A DNA stretch of 34,589 nt, taken from Hyphomicrobiaceae bacterium (GTDB lineage: Bacteria > Pseudomonadota > Alphaproteobacteria > Rhizobiales > Hyphomicrobiaceae). Positions 25,041 through 34,589 of the stretch are shown piece by piece. Under the pieces are notes generated by a model. The model saw only the letters and a list, made by a program, of their open reading frames with translations, ran no database searches and was not told the DNA's origin. Position 1 is the first letter of the stretch; the number at the start of each line of letters is the position of its first letter. Location: assembly GCA_041742195.1 (NCBI GenBank), contig JBGSJD010000296.1:1-34589 (forward strand), read 5' to 3'. A program made the translations under genes and the position numbers.

Positions 25041-25297
25041 CACGCCCGCTGACGCGCACAGATGCGCCATGGACCGCATGGTGCAGGCAGGCGTCGTCCC
25101 GATGACTTGGGCAGCAGGTGCTGCTCGAGTGGCAGCGCGATTGGGCGAGGAAAGACACCTACGACGCGACGATCGAGATCGTCCAGGAGCACTCCGGCGC
25201 CTGCGGCATGGGTGTCGGTTATGCCGACACGCTGGTCCACAAGACGCCCGAGCGCGTGAGACACGGCGCACGCGTCGGCACAAGGGCAGCGAGATGA
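25041..25297 (+). pseudogene. 5'-truncated, frameshifted remnant of an isochorismatase-family (YcaC-like) hydrolase gene
   Basis: Frame 1 reads TPADAHRCAMDRMVQAGVVPMTW. After an extra G in the GGG run at 25109-25111, frame 2 reads QQVLLEWQRDWARKDTYDATIEIVQEHSGACGMGVGYADTLVHK...stop 25295-25297. Pattern and spacing parallel E. coli YcaC (AWDRLSQAGAQLMTW-FGVAC-ELHRDW). The N-terminal two-thirds are absent. Confidence 0.5.
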
Positions 25298-25434
25298 CGA
25301 ACGGCGCGGAGGGGGTGGGAGGCGGGAAGTCACCTCCGCCTCCACGTCACCCTTGAAACCGCGCTGTCCCCCGCCGTAATGCCAGCGGGAAAGCGAGCAC
25401 AGAACGATCAAGGGTGACGGCAGCTAAGCCAATA

Positions 25435-25524
25435 TGGCGGAGAGAGTGGGATTCGAACCCACGGTACGCTTTCACGTACACACGCGTTCCAGGCGTGCGC
25501 CTTAAACCACTCGGCCATCTCTCC
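25435..25524 (-). tRNA. tRNA-Ser (anticodon GGA), class II with long variable arm, CCA encoded
   Basis: Reverse complement GGAGAGATGGCCGAGTGGTTTAAGGCGCACGCCTGGAACGCGTGTGTACGTGAAAGCGTACCGTGGGTTCGAATCCCACTCTCTCCGCCA. It has a 7-bp acceptor stem, anticodon loop CTGGAAC and T-loop GGTTCGAATCC. Confidence 0.93.
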
Positions 25525-25683
25525 GGAGTTCGGGCGCGGACTATAGCCATCGGCGACCGCTTAGCAAGCTCTTCGCTGAGCGGGTACGGGATGGCGTGTA
25601 GGTCCGCACGAGAACAGATTGGTAGCAGCGCAGCAGTTGCGGCGACCGCCGAGCGGTCACCGCGCCTCCCGGCAGCGAAAATC

Positions 25684-26106
25684 TCAGCCGACGATTTCGT
25701 CGAGCCGGAAGTTGAGGCCGATCTCGCGCTCGGCAGCGGCCGGGCTGTCGGAGCCATGCGTCGAGTTCTCGCCCTTCGACACCGCGAACAGCTTGCGGAT
25801 GGTGCCCTCGGCGGCCTCTTTCGGATCCGTCGCGCCCATCACTTCGCGATACTTGGCGATGGCGCCCTCGCCCTCGAGCACCTGCAGCACGATCGGGCCC
25901 GAGGTCATGAAGGTGACCAGTTCGCCGTAGAACGGCCGCGCCTTGTGCTCTTCGTAGAACTTCTCGGCCTGCGCCTTGGTCCACAGCACGCGCTTCTGCG
26001 CGACGATCCGGAGGCCGGCCTTCTCGATGACGGCATTGATCGCGCCGGTCATGTTGCGTCGCGTGGCGTCCGGCTTGAGGATGGAAAACGTGCGCTCGAT
26101 GGCCAT
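25684..26106 (-). CDS. ndk: nucleoside-diphosphate kinase
   Basis: [38 protein letters not shown]...[23 protein letters not shown]...GTIRKLFA...NSTHGSDS. Confidence 0.95.
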   Translation of the reverse strand: MAIERTFSILKPDATRRNMTGAINAVIEKAGLRIVAQKRVLWTKAQAEKFYEEHKARPFYGELVTFMTSGPIVLQVLEGEGAIAKYREVMGATDPKEAAEGTIRKLFAVSKGENSTHGSDSPAAAEREIGLNFRLDEIVG

Positions 26107-26256
26107 CTGGGGCTCCTGATTGTACGGATGAGGTGCCGGGCGATGGACCCGCCTGGCGCGGCGGGCGGGTTATAGCGGCCCCTGCGGCAGCCAGCAAGGT
26201 TGCTGCTGCGGTGCAGCAAGGGCAATGTGATGCCGAACCGCGATAAAGGACCCCCC

Positions 26257-27519
26257 ATGTCGAGATCGGAAAGCAATCGCCGCGTCGACGGCCAGCGCCT
26301 CTGGGACAGCCTGATGGAGATGGCCGAGATCGGCGCCACGCCGAAAGGCGGCGTCAATCGGCTGGCTCTGACGGATCTCGATCGTGAGAGCCGCCACCTG
26401 TTTCAGTCCTGGGCCGAAGCCGCTGGCTGCACCGTCACCGTCGATCGCATGGGCACCATGTTCGCCCGCCGCGCGGGCACGGACCCGTCGCTGCCGCCTG
26501 TCATGCTCGGCAGTCACCTCGACACCCAGCCGACCGGGGGCAAGTTCGACGGCGCGCTCGGCGTTCTGGCCGCCCTGGAAGTGGTGCGCACCCTCCAGGA
26601 CCTCGACATCCGGACGCGTCATCCCATCGAGATCGTGAACTTGACCAACGAAGAAGGCTCCCGCTTCGCCCCCGCCATGACGGCCTCGGGCGTCTTTGCC
26701 GGCGCGCTGACCCTGGAGCAGGCCCTCGCGATCAAGGACACGGCCGGGCACACGATGGGCGCTGAACTGGACCGCATCGGCTTTGCCGGTCCCGCACAGG
26801 TCGGCAACCGTCCAGTCCACGCCTTCTTCGAGTTGCACATCGAGCAGGGCCCCATCCTCGAGGAAGAAGGCACCGACATCGGCATCGTCACCGTAGCCAA
26901 CGGCCAGAAGTGGTACGAAATCCGCCTCGAAGGCGTCGAGAGCCACGCTGGCCCAACACCGATGAGCCGCCGCAAGGACGCGCTTCTCGGCGCCGCACGC
27001 ATCGTCGAGCGCGTCAATGCCATCGGCCACGCCCACGATCCCTCGGCCTGCGCCACCTGCGGCATGATCGAGGCCTACCCGAACTCGCGCAACGTCATCC
27101 CGGGCTCGGTGTTCCTCACCGTCGACCTGCGGCATCCGGAGGGCGACAAGCTGGTCTCGATGAGCACCGCCCTCGAGCGCGCCATCGACGAGATCGCGGC
27201 CGCGACCGGCCTGACGGCGAGCTGGAAGACGGTCGCCGACTTCCCGCCTCAGCCGTTCGAAGCAGGCTGCGTCGATGCCGTGCGCAAGGCCGCGTCCAGG
27301 CTCGGCCTGTCGGCCCGCGAGATCTCGTCCGGCGCCGGTCACGACGCCGTCTACATGGCGCGCGTTGCCCCGACCGCCATGATCTTCGTCCCGTGCATCG
27401 ATGGCATCAGCCACAACGAGGCGGAGAACATGAAGCCGGAATGGGCGACGGCCGGTGCCGACGTCCTGCTGGAAGCGGTTCTCGAGAAGGCCGAGGTGGT
27501 GGGTAGCGGCGGCGCCTGA
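26257..27519 (+). CDS. M20-family Zn-dependent amidohydrolase (allantoate amidohydrolase / N-carbamoyl-amino-acid hydrolase type)
   Basis: AAAGGA upstream of ATG 26257 (ORF opens at 26200). GGVNRLALTDLDRESRHLFQSWAEAAGCTVTVDRMGTMFARRAG...VMLGSHLDTQPTGGKFDGALGVLAALEV...NEEGSRF...ISSGAGHDA. Confidence 0.85.
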   Translation: MSRSESNRRVDGQRLWDSLMEMAEIGATPKGGVNRLALTDLDRESRHLFQSWAEAAGCTVTVDRMGTMFARRAGTDPSLPPVMLGSHLDTQPTGGKFDGALGVLAALEVVRTLQDLDIRTRHPIEIVNLTNEEGSRFAPAMTASGVFAGALTLEQALAIKDTAGHTMGAELDRIGFAGPAQVGNRPVHAFFELHIEQGPILEEEGTDIGIVTVANGQKWYEIRLEGVESHAGPTPMSRRKDALLGAARIVERVNAIGHAHDPSACATCGMIEAYPNSRNVIPGSVFLTVDLRHPEGDKLVSMSTALERAIDEIAAATGLTASWKTVADFPPQPFEAGCVDAVRKAASRLGLSAREISSGAGHDAVYMARVAPTAMIFVPCIDGISHNEAENMKPEWATAGADVLLEAVLEKAEVVGSGGA

Positions 27520-27606
27520 GCCGGCGTCCTCCCATACGGCCCTGTTCACCCATGCGAATTCGTGTCATCAGACCGCGCCCGCAGAACCATCGAGGAGCCG
27601 CCACGC

Positions 27607-28710
27607 ATGACCGCCGATGTCGAAACCGTCGTGATCGGAGCCGGCGTGGTCGGGCTGGCGATTGCCCGCGAGCTGAGCCTTCGCGGGCAGGAGGTCATGG
27701 TCCTCGAGCAGCACGACCTTATCGGCTCCGAGACATCGTCCCGCAACAGCGAGGTCATCCACGCCGGGATCTACTATCCGCCGGGTTCCCTCCGCGCCAG
27801 GCTGTGCGTCGAGGGCAAGCAGAAGCTCTATGCGTTCTGCGCCGAGAATGGCGTCGATCACGAGCCCATCACCAAGCTTCTGGTGGCGACGTCGGAAGGC
27901 CAACTGCCGAAACTGAAGGCCATCCAGGAAACGGCGATCAGGAATGGGGTCACCGATCTCCAGCCGATGACGGGCGAAGAGGCCCGCAAGCTCGAGCCTG
28001 AGCTGTTCTGCGTCGCAGCCATGCTGTCACCTTCGACCGGCATCGTCGACAGCCACGGCCTGATGCTCGCTCTGCAGGGTCACGCCGAGACCAACGGCGC
28101 TCAGGTCGTGCTGAACACGCCCGTCGAGCGCCTGGGGCTCGCTCCGTCGGGCCTTTACGAGATCGCCGTCGGCGGCGACATGGCGACCACCATCAAGTCG
28201 AAGCGCCTCGTGGTCTCCGCGGGCCTGCACGCGTCGAAGCTCGCGCGCACCCTGCCGTGGAGCGGCAACTACCGTCCGCCCGAGACCTATTATGCCGTCG
28301 GCCAATATTACGCGCTGTCGGGAAAATCGCCGTTCTCGCGTCACATCTACCCGATGCCGGACGGCGCCTGGCTCGGCCTGCACGTGACCGTCGATATCGG
28401 CGGCCGGTGCAAGTTCGGGCCCGACATCGAGTGGATTCCCGAGATCGACTACAGCTTCAAGCCCGAGAAGATCGAGAAATTCTTGGGGTTTATCCGCACC
28501 TACTATCCGGCCCTCGATCCGGAGCGCCTGCACCCGGACTACACCGGCATCCGTCCGAAGCTCTATCGCGACGGCGAGCCGGTTCCGGACTTTTTCCTGC
28601 ACGGGCAGGAAACGCATGGGCTCCCCGGCCTGATGCTCCTCTATGGCATCGAAAGTCCGGGCCTGACGGCATCCATGGCGCTCGCCGAAATGGTCGCCGA
28701 CCGGATCTGA
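27607..28710 (+). CDS. NAD(P)/FAD-dependent oxidoreductase (L-2-hydroxyglutarate oxidase-like)
   Basis: GAGGAG upstream of ATG 27607. Dinucleotide fold VVIGAGVVGLAIARELSLRGQEVMVLE, then SSRNSEVIHAGIYYPPGSLRARLCVEG and a C-terminal GIESPGLTASMALAE. Confidence 0.8.
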   Translation: MTADVETVVIGAGVVGLAIARELSLRGQEVMVLEQHDLIGSETSSRNSEVIHAGIYYPPGSLRARLCVEGKQKLYAFCAENGVDHEPITKLLVATSEGQLPKLKAIQETAIRNGVTDLQPMTGEEARKLEPELFCVAAMLSPSTGIVDSHGLMLALQGHAETNGAQVVLNTPVERLGLAPSGLYEIAVGGDMATTIKSKRLVVSAGLHASKLARTLPWSGNYRPPETYYAVGQYYALSGKSPFSRHIYPMPDGAWLGLHVTVDIGGRCKFGPDIEWIPEIDYSFKPEKIEKFLGFIRTYYPALDPERLHPDYTGIRPKLYRDGEPVPDFFLHGQETHGLPGLMLLYGIESPGLTASMALAEMVADRI

Positions 28711-28889
28711 GTGGGCCGCGTCCGCCACGACAGGCGGCGGTACGCCGAGTGGATCGCGGTGGAAAACCGCCGACGGCGCGCTTTGCCATCTCAATGCTGC
28801 CGTTCAGCCTGTGCAAGGTCGACCTGTTTCTCCGCGCGATTCGTGTGTGGTGAGGCGGCGCGCCTTGCGTGCAGTGAGGACCGGCTACG

Positions 28890-29495
28890 GTGAAACCGAC
28901 CATGCAGCAAAAAGTCGAAGCCCCGAACGATGCCGATACGCGCATCGCGCCCGATCCGCTGGCTGCCTTGCTCCCGGCGATTTCCGCGCTGGCCGCCATC
29001 GCGTCGATTGCGGCCATCAACTGGGTTGGCCAGGAGCGGACACCCGACCGCGCACGCTCGCGCCGCAAGGCTGGTGTCGCGTTGCGGGATCTCGAGTCCT
29101 GCTGCATGGGCCTGCAGGAGATTTTCAGGCGTCTCCAGCGTAGCCCCAAGCTGTTCGCGGGCGATGGCCCGGCCGCCGCCTCGCCACTGAAGTTCGGCGT
29201 TTGCGGCCCACGCATCGATCCGGCGCTGGCCCGGTCCTATCACCAGCTCATGAACGATATCGCCTCGATGCTGGTGCTCGCCTCCCAGAATGCGTTCGAC
29301 GTGATGAGCGCCATCGAGGACGGCGAGATCCTCGCCCCGGAGCAGCTGTTCTACGGCTTCGGCGAGCAGCAGGACGCGCTCAACAAGCTGGTCCAGAACC
29401 GCGCCACGCTGCGTGTCATCGTCGAGACCGGGGGCGAGGTGTCGAAGCGGCTGACGGCACTGGTTCGCGAACTGCGCACCTACAAGGTCGAATAG
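28890..29495 (+). CDS. hypothetical protein with one predicted TM helix
   Basis: GTG 28890 or ATG 28902. LAALLPAISALAAIASIAAINWV helix followed by a helical soluble part. GC3-rich codons. No family recognised. Confidence 0.5.
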   Translation: MKPTMQQKVEAPNDADTRIAPDPLAALLPAISALAAIASIAAINWVGQERTPDRARSRRKAGVALRDLESCCMGLQEIFRRLQRSPKLFAGDGPAAASPLKFGVCGPRIDPALARSYHQLMNDIASMLVLASQNAFDVMSAIEDGEILAPEQLFYGFGEQQDALNKLVQNRATLRVIVETGGEVSKRLTALVRELRTYKVE

Positions 29496-29519
29496 CCCCG
29501 CCAGATCTCGACCCAGACC

Positions 29520-30785
29520 TCAGGGCTGGTCCGGCCGGAACGAATTGGACAACTGCCGCACGACCTCGTTCAACACGAACCGGCCCGCCCGCGTCGCCCG
29601 GATACGATCCCGCCCGAAGCCCTCGAGCATGCCGAGCCCCGCGAGCCGATCGATCACCGCCTGATCCGGCCTGACCCCGCCGACACGGCCGAGCCGGACG
29701 AGATCGATCCCCTCGCTCAGACGGAGCCCCATGAGCAGCAATTCGTCAGCCTGCTCCTCGGCGGTCAGCACCTGGTCTTCGATCACGCCGCGCCCGGTAG
29801 CGGCCACCCTCTGCAACCACGCTTCGGGCCCGCGCTCGTTGACGGTCGCCACCCGACCGTCTGGCCTGAGTTCCCGCCCATGCGCGCCGGGTCCGAGCCC
29901 GACATAGCCGCCATAACGCCAATAGACGAGATTGTGCCGACTTTCCTGCCCGGGCCGGGCATGATTGGAGATCTCGTAGGCCGGCATGCCCGCGGCCTCG
30001 GTCATGTCCTGCGTCAGCGCATAGAGCCGGTCGGCGATCTCCGGCTCGGGAACGTGCAGCTTGCCGGCCCGGTGCAGGTCGGCGAACGGCGTCCCCTCTT
30101 CGATCGTGAGCTGGTAGAGCGAGAGATGGTCGGAGCCCAACCGCAGCGCCGTGGCCAGCTCGGCTTCCCAGACCGCTTCCGTCATGCCGGGGCGGGCATA
30201 GATGAGATCGAACGAGACCCGGTCGAAGGTGGCCCGCGCGATGTCGAGCGCGGCCAGCGCGTCGGCCAGAGAATGCAGCCGGCCAAGCCGCTTCAGCGCC
30301 CCGTCGTCGAGCGCTTGCACCCCGAGCGAGACACGATTGACGCCCGCTGCCCGATAGCCCCGGAAGCGCTCGGCCTCGACGCTCCCCGGGTTCGCTTCCA
30401 GCGTGATCTCGCAGCCATCGGAAACGCCGAACGTCGCCCCGACCGCCTCGATGATGCCAGCCACCGTACCGGGCTGCATGAGCGACGGTGTCCCCCCGCC
30501 GAAGAAGATGCTCTCGACTGGTCCACGGATCGCAAGCCCACGCGCGGTGCTGACGATCTCCGCGAGATAGGCGTCGAGATAGGCGCGCTCGTCCCAACCG
30601 CCGTGCCGGACGTGACTGTTGAAGTCGCAATAGGGGCACTTCTGCGCGCAGAACGGCCAGTGCACGTAGACCGCGAACGCCTCCGGCGCGACGACGCCGG
30701 CAGCCCCGGGTGCGCCGCGGCCGGCCTCAACCGAGACAGGCGTCGACGAACAGCTTGAAGGCTCTGGCCCGATGGGAGATCGCAT
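29520..30785 (-). CDS. hemW: radical SAM heme chaperone HemW (HemN-like, oxygen-independent coproporphyrinogen oxidase family)
   Basis: [22 protein letters not shown] (CxxxCxxC), FFGGGTPS, and a conserved C-terminal HemN_C part. The start is uncertain: ATG 30785 overlaps rdgB by 59 nt (see findings). Confidence 0.85.
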   Translation of the reverse strand: MRSPIGPEPSSCSSTPVSVEAGRGAPGAAGVVAPEAFAVYVHWPFCAQKCPYCDFNSHVRHGGWDERAYLDAYLAEIVSTARGLAIRGPVESIFFGGGTPSLMQPGTVAGIIEAVGATFGVSDGCEITLEANPGSVEAERFRGYRAAGVNRVSLGVQALDDGALKRLGRLHSLADALAALDIARATFDRVSFDLIYARPGMTEAVWEAELATALRLGSDHLSLYQLTIEEGTPFADLHRAGKLHVPEPEIADRLYALTQDMTEAAGMPAYEISNHARPGQESRHNLVYWRYGGYVGLGPGAHGRELRPDGRVATVNERGPEAWLQRVAATGRGVIEDQVLTAEEQADELLLMGLRLSEGIDLVRLGRVGGVRPDQAVIDRLAGLGMLEGFGRDRIRATRAGRFVLNEVVRQLSNSFRPDQP

Positions 30786-31344
30786 GCTTTTTCCCGGGCT
30801 CCATTTCGCCGAAGGTGAGGGTCTCGCCGTCCGCGACGAACATGGGGTCGTAGCCGAAGCCTTTCGAGCCCCGCGGCGGCCAGACGAGATGCCCGAACAC
30901 GCGCCCCTCGAACACCTGAGTTTCGCCATCCGGCCACGCAAGGCACAGCGCCGCCGTGAAATTCGCCCGCGGCGCCGGGTCCCCCATGGTCATACCACGC
31001 GCCGCGAGCGCCTCCTGAACCTTGCGCATCGCGAACGCGAAGTCCTTGTCCGGCCCCGCCCAGCGCGCGGAATAGATGCCGGGATCACCACCGAGCGCAT
31101 CGACCTCGAGGCCGGAATCGTCCGAAAGCGCCGGCAGCCCGGTGGCGAGGGCCGAATGCAGCGCCTTCAGCCGGGCGTTCCCGGCGAACGTCGTCTCCGT
31201 CTCGTCGGGCTCTGACACGCCGAGCGTCCCGGCGGAGACCGCATCCAGACCGAACGGCCGGACCAGATCGCCGATTTCCCTGAGCTTGCCGGGGTTGTGG
31301 CTCGCGACCACCAGACGGCCGTCGCGCGGCAGCTTGCGTTGCAT
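30727..31344 (-). CDS. rdgB: non-canonical purine NTP pyrophosphatase RdgB/HAM1
   Basis: [18 protein letters not shown]...[17 protein letters not shown]...[23 protein letters not shown]...GFGYDPMF...TFGEM...[10 protein letters not shown]. Confidence 0.92.
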   Translation of the reverse strand: MQRKLPRDGRLVVASHNPGKLREIGDLVRPFGLDAVSAGTLGVSEPDETETTFAGNARLKALHSALATGLPALSDDSGLEVDALGGDPGIYSARWAGPDKDFAFAMRKVQEALAARGMTMGDPAPRANFTAALCLAWPDGETQVFEGRVFGHLVWPPRGSKGFGYDPMFVADGETLTFGEMEPGKKHAISHRARAFKLFVDACLG

Positions 31345-31775
31345 CAGCGTTCAAAGCCCCAGATCTTTGGTTCCGCGAACTCGAGACAGTTGCCGCACGG
31401 ATCGCGGAAATAGAGCGATCGCCCGCCCGACGCTGGCCACACGAAATCGGCTTCGATAGCAACGCCTTCGGCTTCGAGACGCGCCCGCCAGGCGTCGATT
31501 TCGTCGGCCGAGGCCCGGAAACAGACGTGCCCCTCGCCTTGCGCCCCGTGCGGCGGCACCGGCAGCGTCCCGGCCTTCGGCGGAATGACCGTCGCATCCG
31601 GGTTGAAGATCAGCACCACCTGCTCACCGACACGATAGAAGATCTGCCGCCCGGCCATCGTGTGGAACGGCTCGAGACCGAGCACCCGCCGCCAGAACTG
31701 CTCCGTTGCCGCGAGATCGCGCGCATAGAGCACCGTTTCGAGAACGCCGGACGGTTTCAGAGACGGCTCAGCCAT
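31344..31775 (-). CDS. VOC/glyoxalase-fold family protein
   Basis: [36 protein letters not shown]...GEGHVCFRA...[20 protein letters not shown]. Its stop overlaps the rdgB start by 1 nt (TGATG). Confidence 0.75.
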   Translation of the reverse strand: MAEPSLKPSGVLETVLYARDLAATEQFWRRVLGLEPFHTMAGRQIFYRVGEQVVLIFNPDATVIPPKAGTLPVPPHGAQGEGHVCFRASADEIDAWRARLEAEGVAIEADFVWPASGGRSLYFRDPCGNCLEFAEPKIWGFER

Positions 31776-31838
31776 GACCCGGGCTCCCATCCGCAGTCGC
31801 GCGGTGGCCGACGCGATACGCCGGCCCTCGCATCATTG

Positions 31839-32552
31839 TCAGGACACGGTCAGCTTTTGCAGCGAGATCAGCTCGCCGATGCCCTTCTTGGCGAGCGCCT
31901 GCAGCTCGGCGAAGTTCTGCTCGCTGAACGGTACGGTCTCGGCCGTGCCCTGCACCTCGACGAGACCACCCGACCCGGTCATGACGAAATTGGCGTCCGC
32001 ATCGGCGTTCGAATCCTCCGGATAGTCGAGGTCGAGCACTGCGCTTCCCTTGTAGAGGCCGCATGAGACGGCCGCGACATGATCGCGGATCACCCCGTCG
32101 CGGACCATGTCGCGCTGGCGCATCCACTGGATGCAGTCGTGCAACGCCACCCAAGCACCCGTGATGGCTGCCGTCCGCGTTCCCCCGTCGGCCTGGATCA
32201 CGTCGCAGTCGACGGTAATCTGGCGTTCGCCGAGCTTCGGCAGATCGACCACCGCGCGCAACGCGCGCCCGATGAGGCGCTGGATCTCCTGAGTCCGGCC
32301 GGACGGATGGCCCGTCGTGACCTCGCGCCGCGTCCGCTCAGCGGTCGCCCGGGGCAACATCGAGTACTCGGCCGTGACCCAGCCGCGCGCCTGGCCCTTG
32401 AGCCACGGCGGGACCCGCTCCTCGAGCGTCGCGAGACAGAGGACGTGGGTGTTGCCGAACTTGATCAGGCACGATCCTTCCGCATGCATGGACACGGCAC
32501 GATCGATGGATACACGGCGCAGCTCGTCCGGCTGACGCTTGGAAGGACGCAT
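31839..32552 (-). CDS. rph: ribonuclease PH
   Basis: [39 protein letters not shown]...[17 protein letters not shown]....[21 protein letters not shown]...[19 protein letters not shown]. Confidence 0.95.
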   Translation of the reverse strand: MRPSKRQPDELRRVSIDRAVSMHAEGSCLIKFGNTHVLCLATLEERVPPWLKGQARGWVTAEYSMLPRATAERTRREVTTGHPSGRTQEIQRLIGRALRAVVDLPKLGERQITVDCDVIQADGGTRTAAITGAWVALHDCIQWMRQRDMVRDGVIRDHVAAVSCGLYKGSAVLDLDYPEDSNADADANFVMTGSGGLVEVQGTAETVPFSEQNFAELQALAKKGIGELISLQKLTVS

Positions 32553-32779
32553 TTTGGGCTCGCTGGTTGGCCGGCACAGTCCGGCAGCATGTTTGAGCGC
32601 GAAGCTAGTTGACCGGGCGCGACGGATCAACCGCAACCTCGCGGCCCCAAGCGTCCGCTGCCGGCCCGCCGGGCCAGAATCGCGACCCGGCCGTACGACG
32701 GCCGTTGACTGAGGGGCCGGCTGCACCTAGCTGTGTGTAAGGCCTCGCTTTATATGCAGATTTGCGGTCGATGAGGGGC

Positions 32780-33838
32780 ATGACACAAAAACTGACGTCG
32801 ATCCAGAAGCTCAACGAGCGGTCGCGGGAGATCTTCCGGCAGATCGTCGAGACCTATTTGAGCACCGGTGAACCTGTCGGCTCGCGCAATCTCTCGCGCC
32901 ACCTGCCGATCAACCTGTCCCCGGCGTCGGTCCGCAACGTCATGTCGGACCTCGAACATCTGGGGCTGATCTACGCCCCTCACACATCCGCCGGGCGCCT
33001 CCCGACACAGATCGGCCTCCGGCTGTTCGTCGACGGGCTTCTTGAGATCGGCAACCTGACCGAGGACGAGCGCCGACAGATCGACAGCCAGCTCGCGGCC
33101 CGTCGCCGCCAGTCGATGGAGCAGGTGCTGGCGAACGCCGGCGACATGATCTCAGGCCTGTCGCACTGCGCCGGCCTCGTACTCACCGAAAAGCAGGATA
33201 TGCGCCTCAAGCATATCGAGTTCGTCGGGCTCGAGCCGGGCAAGGCCCTCGTCGTTCTGGTGGGCGAGGACCAGACGGTCGAGAACCGCGTCATCGAGGT
33301 GCCGCGCGGCCTTCCCCCGTCGGCCCTGACCGAAGCAGCGAACTACCTGAACCATCACGTCCGAAGCCTGACCATCGGCGAGGCGCGCAACCACATCGTC
33401 GCCGAATTGACCAAGGCGAAGGCCGAACTGGACCAGTTGACGCAGAAGGTCATCGAAGCCGGCCTCGCGACGTGGTCCGGCACGCAGGGCGAGCGCCGGA
33501 GCCTGCTTGTTCGGGGTCAGGCAAACCTGCTCAAGGACGTCGACGCCATCGAGGACCTCGAGCGCATCCGCCAGCTGTTCGACGACCTCGAATCGAAGAA
33601 GGAGCTCGCCCATCTCCTCGGCCTCGCCGAGCGGGGCGACGGCGTGCACATCTTCATCGGCTCCGAGAACAAGCTGTTCTCTCTCTCCGGCTCCTCCTTG
33701 ATCGTGGCTCCGTTCCGCGACGAGACCACGAAGGTGGTCGGCATCCTCGGTGTGATCGGCCCCACGCGGTTGAATTATGCCCGCATCATTCCCATGGTCG
33801 ATTATACCGCCCGCCTCATAGGCAAGTCCCTGACTTGA
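32780..33838 (+). CDS. hrcA: heat-inducible transcription repressor HrcA
   Basis: [32 protein letters not shown]...[30 protein letters not shown]...[22 protein letters not shown]. Alternative starts at 32771 and 32762. Confidence 0.92.
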   Translation: MTQKLTSIQKLNERSREIFRQIVETYLSTGEPVGSRNLSRHLPINLSPASVRNVMSDLEHLGLIYAPHTSAGRLPTQIGLRLFVDGLLEIGNLTEDERRQIDSQLAARRRQSMEQVLANAGDMISGLSHCAGLVLTEKQDMRLKHIEFVGLEPGKALVVLVGEDQTVENRVIEVPRGLPPSALTEAANYLNHHVRSLTIGEARNHIVAELTKAKAELDQLTQKVIEAGLATWSGTQGERRSLLVRGQANLLKDVDAIEDLERIRQLFDDLESKKELAHLLGLAERGDGVHIFIGSENKLFSLSGSSLIVAPFRDETTKVVGILGVIGPTRLNYARIIPMVDYTARLIGKSLT

Positions 33839-33938
33839 TTTTTGCGCTCCGCAGGATGACAAGCGGCTCCAGACCTGGAAGCGGCGCTGAGACTTTGTCC
33901 GCGACACCCGCCGCCCCCCAAGCGACAAGCGAGGCCCG

Positions 33939-34589
33939 ATGAGCGATCCGACCAAGCAACCCGCCGAGACCGAACCGACGCCACACGCCGATGCGGCGAG
34001 CGCCCCTGGTGGCCCGGCATCCTCCACCCCCGCCGAACCCGCGAGCGCGAGCGAGGCCCAGATCACCGAGCTGATCGCCCGCCTGCAGGCAGAGAGCGCC
34101 GAGTTGAAGGACCGCTTGCTGCGCACGCACGCCGAGATGGACAACGTCCGCAAGCGGCTCGAGCGTGAGAAGGCCGAGGCCAGCAAGTTCGCGATCTCGA
34201 AGTTCGCGCGCGACGTGGTCGGCATCGGCGACAATGTCCAGCGCGCCCTGGACGTCGTTCCCCATCAGCTCGCCGAGCAGGAACCGACCCTCAAGAGCTT
34301 CGTCGAGGGCGTGACGATGATCGAACGTGAGCTCTTGTCGGTTCTGAGCCGCCACGGCATCAAGCGGCTGGACCCGAAGGGCGAGCTGTTCAACCCGCAT
34401 CATCATCAGGCCGTCGTGGAGGTGCCGTCGGCGGAGGTCCCGGCTGGCCACATCACCCAGGTCTTCCAGTCCGGCTACATGATCGAGGAGCGCATCCTGC
34501 GGCCCGCCATGGTCGCCGTGTCGAAGGGCGGCGCGAAGCCGCCAGCGCCGGCCGAGGAGGCTGCCAGCGCCGCCCCCGTCGACGCTGGT
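33939..34589 (+). CDS. grpE: nucleotide exchange factor GrpE (3' end runs off the window)
   Basis: Open from ATG 33939 to the window end (217 codons, no stop). LKDRLLRTHAEMDNVRKRLEREKAEASKFAISKFARDVVGIGDNVQRAL...GVTMIERELLSVLSRHGIKRLDPKGELFNPHHHQAV...GYMIEERILRPAMVAVSKG. Confidence 0.92.
   Translation, partial: MSDPTKQPAETEPTPHADAASAPGGPASSTPAEPASASEAQITELIARLQAESAELKDRLLRTHAEMDNVRKRLEREKAEASKFAISKFARDVVGIGDNVQRALDVVPHQLAEQEPTLKSFVEGVTMIERELLSVLSRHGIKRLDPKGELFNPHHHQAVVEVPSAEVPAGHITQVFQSGYMIEERILRPAMVAVSKGGAKPPAPAEEAASAAPVDAG

Noticed and set aside
21150-25434. A possible genomic island integrated at tRNA-Ser (SRPBCC, VOC, DUF1428, LysR, pirin, gene remnant).
   Set aside because: I saw no integrase, transposase or phage gene, no direct repeat of the tRNA 3' end, and no obvious compositional shift. 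Only the gene remnant hints at past rearrangement.
27091-27115. An exact AACG-N16-GTTCC (GGAAC-N16-CGTT on the minus strand).
   Set aside because: It lies inside the M20 amidohydrolase CDS and faces antisense, with no downstream gene. This fits the roughly 0.5 chance hits expected for the window. It could still drive an antisense RNA, but nothing supports that.
28711-28893. A 60-aa Cys/Arg-rich ORF (MGRVRHDRRRYAEW...).
   Set aside because: It has an Arg-rich composition typical of off-frame GC-rich sequence, no SD and no recognisable motif.
32553-32779. Looked for a CIRCE element (TTAGCACTC-N9-GAGTGCTAA) or a sigma-32 promoter upstream of hrcA.
   Set aside because: No CIRCE-like inverted repeat is present. 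The CTTTATAT box near 32746 has only a poor CTAG at the -35 position, so the RpoH-type promoter call is too weak.
1390-34451. Many long ORFs in the track run antisense to, or out of frame with, the genes called above. Examples: 1390..2454+, 2150..3202+, 3339..4229-, 8544..9878-, 9641..10510-, 12729..13658-, 14740..15816-, 17163..18614-, 18350..19300-, 26170..27549-, 28027..28794-, 33152..34234-.
   Set aside because: Their translations are Arg/Pro/Gly/Ala-rich with no recognisable motifs. They overlap ORFs that have clear family signatures. This is the usual shadow-ORF artefact of a high-GC genome.
1-34589. CRISPR arrays, IS elements, rRNA, toxin-antitoxin or recognisable defence-system genes.
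   Set aside because: None were recognised. The only tandem repeat noticed is the coding TAPRS repeat at 1043-1180, and the other repeats are short hairpins.

Overview
High-GC (about two-thirds G+C by eye) alphaproteobacterial chromosomal segment, Hyphomicrobiales/Rhizobiales-like and densely coding. I saw no transposase, integrase, CRISPR array or rRNA. Left edge: the sorting-signal tail of a surface protein plus a class GN sortase, a TAPRS-repeat secreted protein, an alpha/beta hydrolase, a crotonase and panB. Centre (about 4.2-15.7 kb): a general stress response (GSR) island. nepR-ecfG, dps, phyR and a PAS-HWE kinase all lie in one orientation. Around them sit typical GSR cargo: tandem CsbD, DUF1328, DUF883 plus a membrane partner, a small secreted protein, an untracked 25-aa hydrophobic peptide, an AI-2E-family transporter and a CHASE-HWE kinase. 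By eye I found eight exact GGAAC-N16/17-CGTT (EcfG-type) promoter motifs, each pointing at a downstream start codon; this is the main finding. Next come a cobalamin riboswitch, a TonB-dependent receptor and a btuFCD-like importer. After that: SRPBCC/VOC, DUF1428, a LysR-pirin pair, a frameshifted ycaC-like gene remnant next to tRNA-Ser(GGA), ndk, an M20 amidohydrolase, an FAD oxidoreductase and an orphan membrane protein. The right end is the conserved hemW-rdgB-VOC-rph / hrcA-grpE block. Family calls come from recognising translated motifs, not database searches. Start codons are best guesses. The many long ORFs antisense to real genes are treated as high-GC shadow ORFs.
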